20,000 nucleotides of DNA, taken from IMG/VR virus record IMGVR_UViG_3300009512_000012; one strand, written 5' to 3'. This DNA is from an uncultured virus (IMG/VR IMGVR_UViG_3300009512_000012). Its lineage: Duplodnaviria; Heunggongvirae; Uroviricota; Caudoviricetes. Shown here piece after piece: positions 17,483 through 20,000 of the stretch (positions within the stretch are counted from its first letter, which is position 1; the number at the start of each line of letters is the position of its first letter). The notes beneath the pieces are model-generated. The model had not been told where the DNA came from. It did not search any database and saw only the letters and a program-made list of their open reading frames with translations. A program made the position numbers and the translations under genes.

Positions 17483-17628
17483 TTCTTAATAAACTTTCTA
17501 TTACAATACCCACAGACAACCTCAGATTGTTTCTTGAGAGAGTAATAGACAGTCGGATGTCCTAAGTCACCCTCTCCTCCGTCACACTTGATACTGTCAG
17601 ATGTTACATAGAGTATTTCAAATGCCAT
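17479..17628 (-). CDS. zf-CHCC zinc-finger protein (NDUFS6/NUMM complex I accessory subunit-like), 49 aa
   Basis: Manual translation gives MAFEILYVTSDSIKCDGGEGDLGHPTVYYSLKKQSEVVCGYCNRKFIKK. It has the exact C-x8-H-x14-C-x2-C spacing with the CDGG...LGHP.VY...CGYC...F signature. It is shorter than any ORF in the track. Confidence 0.88.
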   Translation of the reverse strand: MAFEILYVTSDSIKCDGGEGDLGHPTVYYSLKKQSEVVCGYCNRKFIKK

Positions 17629-17701
17629 AGAATAATAATACGGAAATCAGTATGAGAGACATGACCATATACTTTTGATATTGTTTCTTTGGGTCTTGCA
17701 T
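17618..17701 (-). CDS. Putative 27-aa single-pass membrane peptide
   Basis: MQDPKKQYQKYMVMSLILISVLLFYGI. It starts 4 nt after the upstream stop and overlaps the zf-CHCC start by 11 nt. Confidence 0.5.
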   Translation of the reverse strand: MQDPKKQYQKYMVMSLILISVLLFYGI

Positions 17702-17705
17702 AATA

Positions 17706-17891
17706 TTACTTATATGTTAACATACCAAATTTGTTAAACTTATATAATCTTTCTGCAATTGTGACACCATCCTGTCCAAATTCCTCTTGACATGCTTTGA
17801 TACAAGATTCCTTAGAGACGTTACTGTCTTTTAACGATTGTGCAAACTCTGTTATAATCTGTTCTTTAGTTGTGAGTTTTGGTATTGACAT
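17706..17891 (-). CDS. Hypothetical protein (61 aa)
   Basis: ORF with a GAAGGAG SD inside the upstream gene, in a tightly packed operon. Confidence 0.7.
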   Translation of the reverse strand: MSIPKLTTKEQIITEFAQSLKDSNVSKESCIKACQEEFGQDGVTIAERLYKFNKFGMLTYK

Positions 17892-18084
17892 GAAAGTACT
17901 CCTTCAACCAATCTTGCAAATAATGTATAGTATCATCATAGCCAACCAAATCCCATGACTGGTTAGATTGTAAACAGTTCTCAACTGCTGTGTCTAGAGA
18001 AATCTCTTGAGATTCTATTCTCTTGATTTGTGCGTTAAGAAAGTTCTCTGCTTCATCCCAAAAATATGCCATTGTTTTACTCAT
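17866..18084 (-). CDS. Hypothetical acidic early protein (72 aa)
   Basis: Has an AAGGAG SD and its own sigma70-like promoter directly upstream. Confidence 0.75.
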   Translation of the reverse strand: MSKTMAYFWDEAENFLNAQIKRIESQEISLDTAVENCLQSNQSWDLVGYDDTIHYLQDWLKEYFHVNTKTHN

Positions 18085-18116
18085 AGTGTATGTACTCCTT
18101 ATTGTTGATTCATTCT

Positions 18117-18145
18117 ATTGTATCAGTAATTGTTTATGTTGTCAA
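18117..18145 (-). promoter_or_regulatory. sigma70-type early promoter
   Basis: TTGACA-17 bp-TACAAT with an extended -10 TG and an upstream A-tract. It overlaps the last codons of the upstream ORF. Confidence 0.85.
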
Positions 18146-18302
18146 GTTTTTTAACAGTAAATTTAACTCCAAGACTTTTCAATCTTGCATTTTCTTTTTC
18201 AGCATCTTCAGGTGTCTGAAAAATATGTTCTACTTGTTCATCTTCTAAATCTAGATTTAAAGTATTCTCTTCGTAAGTTCTTTGATATAAGTGTATATTC
18301 AT
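18123..18302 (-). CDS. Hypothetical early protein (59 aa, start revised to MNIHLYQ)
   Basis: The ATG at 18302 follows a GAGG SD and lies downstream of the promoter. The longer ORF-track start falls inside the -35 box. Confidence 0.7.
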   Translation of the reverse strand: MNIHLYQRTYEENTLNLDLEDEQVEHIFQTPEDAEKENARLKSLGVKFTVKKLDNINNY

Positions 18303-18333
18303 TATGTAACCTCTCGTTTCATTGATTAATTTT

Positions 18334-18362
18334 ATTGTACCAGAAATTCTTCTCATTGTCAA
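18334..18362 (-). promoter_or_regulatory. sigma70-type early promoter
   Basis: TTGACA-17 bp-TACAAT with an extended -10 TG and an upstream A8 tract. Confidence 0.85.
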
Positions 18363-18400
18363 GTTTTTTTTATATGCATTTAAGTGTAAGAGTTAGCGCT

Positions 18401-18520
18401 AGTTTTAAGGGGGGTGGGGTGTGACAAGTTGTACTGGTTGTAAAATAGTACAGAATAGTATAGGGAATCTACATTGCATTTATAGATTACATATAACACA
18501 CCAGTTTAAAGGGTGGGGGT
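18401..18520 (+). repeat. Two imperfect direct repeats ending in G-tracts
   Basis: AGTTTTAAGGGGGGTGGGGT (18401-18420) and AGTTTAAAGGGTGGGGGT (18503-18520). Confidence 0.7.
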
Positions 18521-18524
18521 TACG

Positions 18525-18776
18525 GTAGCATATAGCACAACGGCCCTTCGCATAGTTAGACGACTAACATCAAAAGGGCCATATGCTTAGACACAAAGGT
18601 CTTACAAGGGGCCGAGACACTCTCAACTTCCACCCCACACTCTGATATCGAGAACTTTCAGGCATCACCATAACTAGGAGGTCAAAGAATGCCTTACGTG
18701 GGCCACCAAACTACCTTAATGAGAGAGCCTCGGTGGTAATCATCTGGTACTTTTGCAATTGCTCAACCATATGATG
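18525..18776 (-). ncRNA. Candidate structured non-coding RNA (family not recognised)
   Basis: Lies directly downstream of a strong promoter, is GC-enriched and has no long ORF. It has about six adjacent helices whose imperfect pairs are G-U on the minus strand. The boundaries are approximate. Confidence 0.55.
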
Positions 18777-18781
18777 TCTTT

Positions 18782-18810
18782 ATAGTAACATAACTCTACG
18801 TATATGTCAA
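18782..18810 (-). promoter_or_regulatory. sigma70-type early promoter
   Basis: TTGACA-17 bp-TACTAT with an extended -10 TG and an AT-rich upstream region. It points into the non-coding structured region. Confidence 0.8.
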
Positions 18811-18843
18811 GGGTTAATTAAATAAAAAAAATATTCATTTTAC

Positions 18844-19059
18844 TTATATTGATAATTTTTCGTATTTAACTTCTTCAAGACCACAAGGTCCACCAACAAG
18901 TAGGTCTTCTCCTACGTTTAACATAGCAAAATCTTTTTCCCACTCGTCTCCCATGTAGGCGTCTAAACCAAAATCTTTGATTTCTTCAAAAGAAAAAACC
19001 TTAGATGTGCCATCTGCATCGCCATAACCAGATAACCAAGTAACTTTAAAATTGTTCAT
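18844..19059 (-). CDS. Hypothetical acidic early protein (71 aa, start revised to MNNFKV)
   Basis: The ATG at 19059 follows an AAAGGA SD. The ORF-track start lies within the promoter. Confidence 0.75.
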   Translation of the reverse strand: MNNFKVTWLSGYGDADGTSKVFSFEEIKDFGLDAYMGDEWEKDFAMLNVGEDLLVGGPCGLEEVKYEKLSI

Positions 19060-19086
19060 AATGTATCCTTTCGATTTCATAAGATT

Positions 19087-19115
19087 ATAATACATGGTTT
19101 TAGGGTAAATGTCAA
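19087..19115 (-). promoter_or_regulatory. sigma70-type early promoter
   Basis: TTGACA-17 bp-TATTAT, with an overlapping TATAAT shifted 3 nt downstream. Confidence 0.75.
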
Positions 19116-19138
19116 GGGTTTAGTTGGTTATTAATGTC

Positions 19139-19254
19139 ACATGTACTGTATATACCTCTTTATCAGCTAGAACGAAGCGCTGACCTCGAGATGGAACAGC
19201 TGTAATTGCAGTAATCATATGAATGCTATAGCTATACCCCTCAGGTACAGTACC
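19139..19254. repeat. Palindrome-dense element bounded by an 8-bp inverted repeat (possible small RNA or DNA element)
   Basis: GTACTGTA (19143-19150) and TACAGTAC (19246-19253) form the ends, and eight perfect palindromes of 6 bp or more lie within ~115 bp. Confidence 0.6.
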
Positions 19255-19255
19255 T

Positions 19256-19283
19256 ATTATACACAGAATGTCAGGCTTGTCAA
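19256..19283 (-). promoter_or_regulatory. sigma70-type early promoter
   Basis: Perfect TTGACA and TATAAT with a 16-bp spacer. Confidence 0.75.
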
Positions 19284-19383
19284 GGCCTTTCTTGGTTATT
19301 CTCGTATTATTTGTGAGTATGTGTGGAAATATTAGCCGATAGGCCGCAGACTTTAATCACATAGACCGGTCGAACACCTATGT

Positions 19384-19557
19384 TTATTTAAGCCTTTTTC
19401 TTAACTGTCCGAAATGGGTGTATATTCGATAAAATACATGTGGTACATACATTGGATAACTCATATTCCCTTTGATATGCCATAGACATCCAAAGAATCT
19501 ACCCTCAATATGACTATATCCAACGATTCGGAAAATATTACTTCTATTCTGTATCAT
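19384..19557 (-). CDS. Hypothetical basic protein (57 aa, start revised to MIQNRS)
   Basis: The ATG overlaps the 3' end of the upstream ORF by 14 nt. The longer start would overlap it by about 100 nt. Confidence 0.5.
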   Translation of the reverse strand: MIQNRSNIFRIVGYSHIEGRFFGCLWHIKGNMSYPMYVPHVFYRIYTHFGQLRKRLK

Positions 19558-19735
19558 TTCTCTTTTTAGGTAAGCAATCAGGGTTTCTAGCTTGTATACT
19601 GTCAAATAGGTCTTTTCTTGGTGATTTTCCTTTTCTCTCATCTCTCATTCTTTTGGAATGTTCATAAGAGATTCTTAGTATTTCTTCTTCTTTTGGAAAC
19701 TCTTCGTCAAAGTACTTTGTTTCTTCGTTCATCAT
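19544..19735 (-). CDS. Hypothetical protein (63 aa)
   Basis: ATGA overlap with the upstream ORF; charged sequence. Confidence 0.65.
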   Translation of the reverse strand: MMNEETKYFDEEFPKEEEILRISYEHSKRMRDERKGKSPRKDLFDSIQARNPDCLPKKRNDTE

Positions 19736-19926
19736 AGGAATTCTTTCTCATCATTACTATACTTCATAATGTAATCGTACATGAACTGATGAGCCATTGC
19801 GTTAGGATGTTCTGTCTTCAGCGCTTCGTGTCCTGTTGTATTAGCAATGTCATCTGATATAGGGCCGATGAAGTTTCGTATTCTCCATTCGCCATTGGGA
19901 AATGCTTTTCTTAATTCATGTTTCAT
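19732..19926 (-). CDS. Hypothetical protein (64 aa)
   Basis: GAGGA SD and ATGA overlaps at both ends. Confidence 0.65.
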   Translation of the reverse strand: MKHELRKAFPNGEWRIRNFIGPISDDIANTTGHEALKTEHPNAMAHQFMYDYIMKYSNDEKEFL

Positions 19927-20000
19927 TGTTGTTCCTCATACCTACTCCATGCCGGCATGAGAAAGAGTATTTTGTCATAGTTCTCATTGTGTTTTACATA
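19923..20000 (-). CDS. C-terminal fragment of a hypothetical protein (5'-truncated)
   Basis: The open frame ...YVKHNENYDKILFLMPAWSRYEEQQ* ends in an ATGA overlap with the next gene. Confidence 0.5.
   Translation of the reverse strand, partial: YVKHNENYDKILFLMPAWSRYEEQQ

Noticed and set aside
18608..18640. GGGGCCGA...TTCCACCCCA on the plus strand, reminiscent of tmRNA or tRNA-Ala ends
   Set aside because: There is no GGAUUCGAC-like D region, no T-arm (GTTCGA) and no correct acceptor pairing, and the promoter is on the opposite strand.
18630..18702. Hammerhead-like junction (GUA, stem, CUGAAAG) within the ncRNA candidate
   Set aside because: The core is CUGAAAG rather than CUGANGA, and GAAA is missing after the second stem.
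18100..19400. CRISPR-like mini-array suggested by recurring TGTCAAG
   Set aside because: The recurring word is the -35 box, spacing is irregular (hundreds of bp), and there are no 25-40 bp repeats.
18303..19641. Longer ORF-track starts at 18362, 19095 and 19641
   Set aside because: The first two lie inside promoter elements upstream of the likely TSS, and the third overlaps the upstream gene heavily. Downstream ATGs with an SD or translational coupling are preferred.
19948..19959. 12-bp palindrome CATGCCGGCATG
   Set aside because: It is a single occurrence inside a probable coding frame with no supporting context.

Overview
AT-rich segment of a T4-like myophage genome, most similar in gene content and style to marine T4-like cyanophages and pelagiphages. 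Every credible gene is on the minus strand. Bases 1-15.9 kb hold the baseplate module in transcription order gp5, gp25, gp6, gp7, an acidic-repeat protein, gp8 and a VrlC/DUF4815-like protein. The last is over 2,000 aa, runs off the left edge and is missing from the ORF track. T4-type late promoters (TATAAATA) precede several of these genes. A late-promoter cassette (sulfotransferase-fold-like protein plus 2OG-Fe(II) oxygenase) lies just upstream of gp5. Bases 17.4-20 kb are an early/accessory region with five near-consensus sigma70 promoters and many tiny ORFs. The most notable items there are an unannotated 49-aa zf-CHCC (NDUFS6/NUMM-like) zinc finger between two tiny hydrophobic peptides, a promoter-driven ~250-nt hairpin-rich non-coding RNA candidate, a ~115-bp palindrome-dense element and paired G-tract repeats. 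All family calls come from motif recognition by eye; no searches were run.
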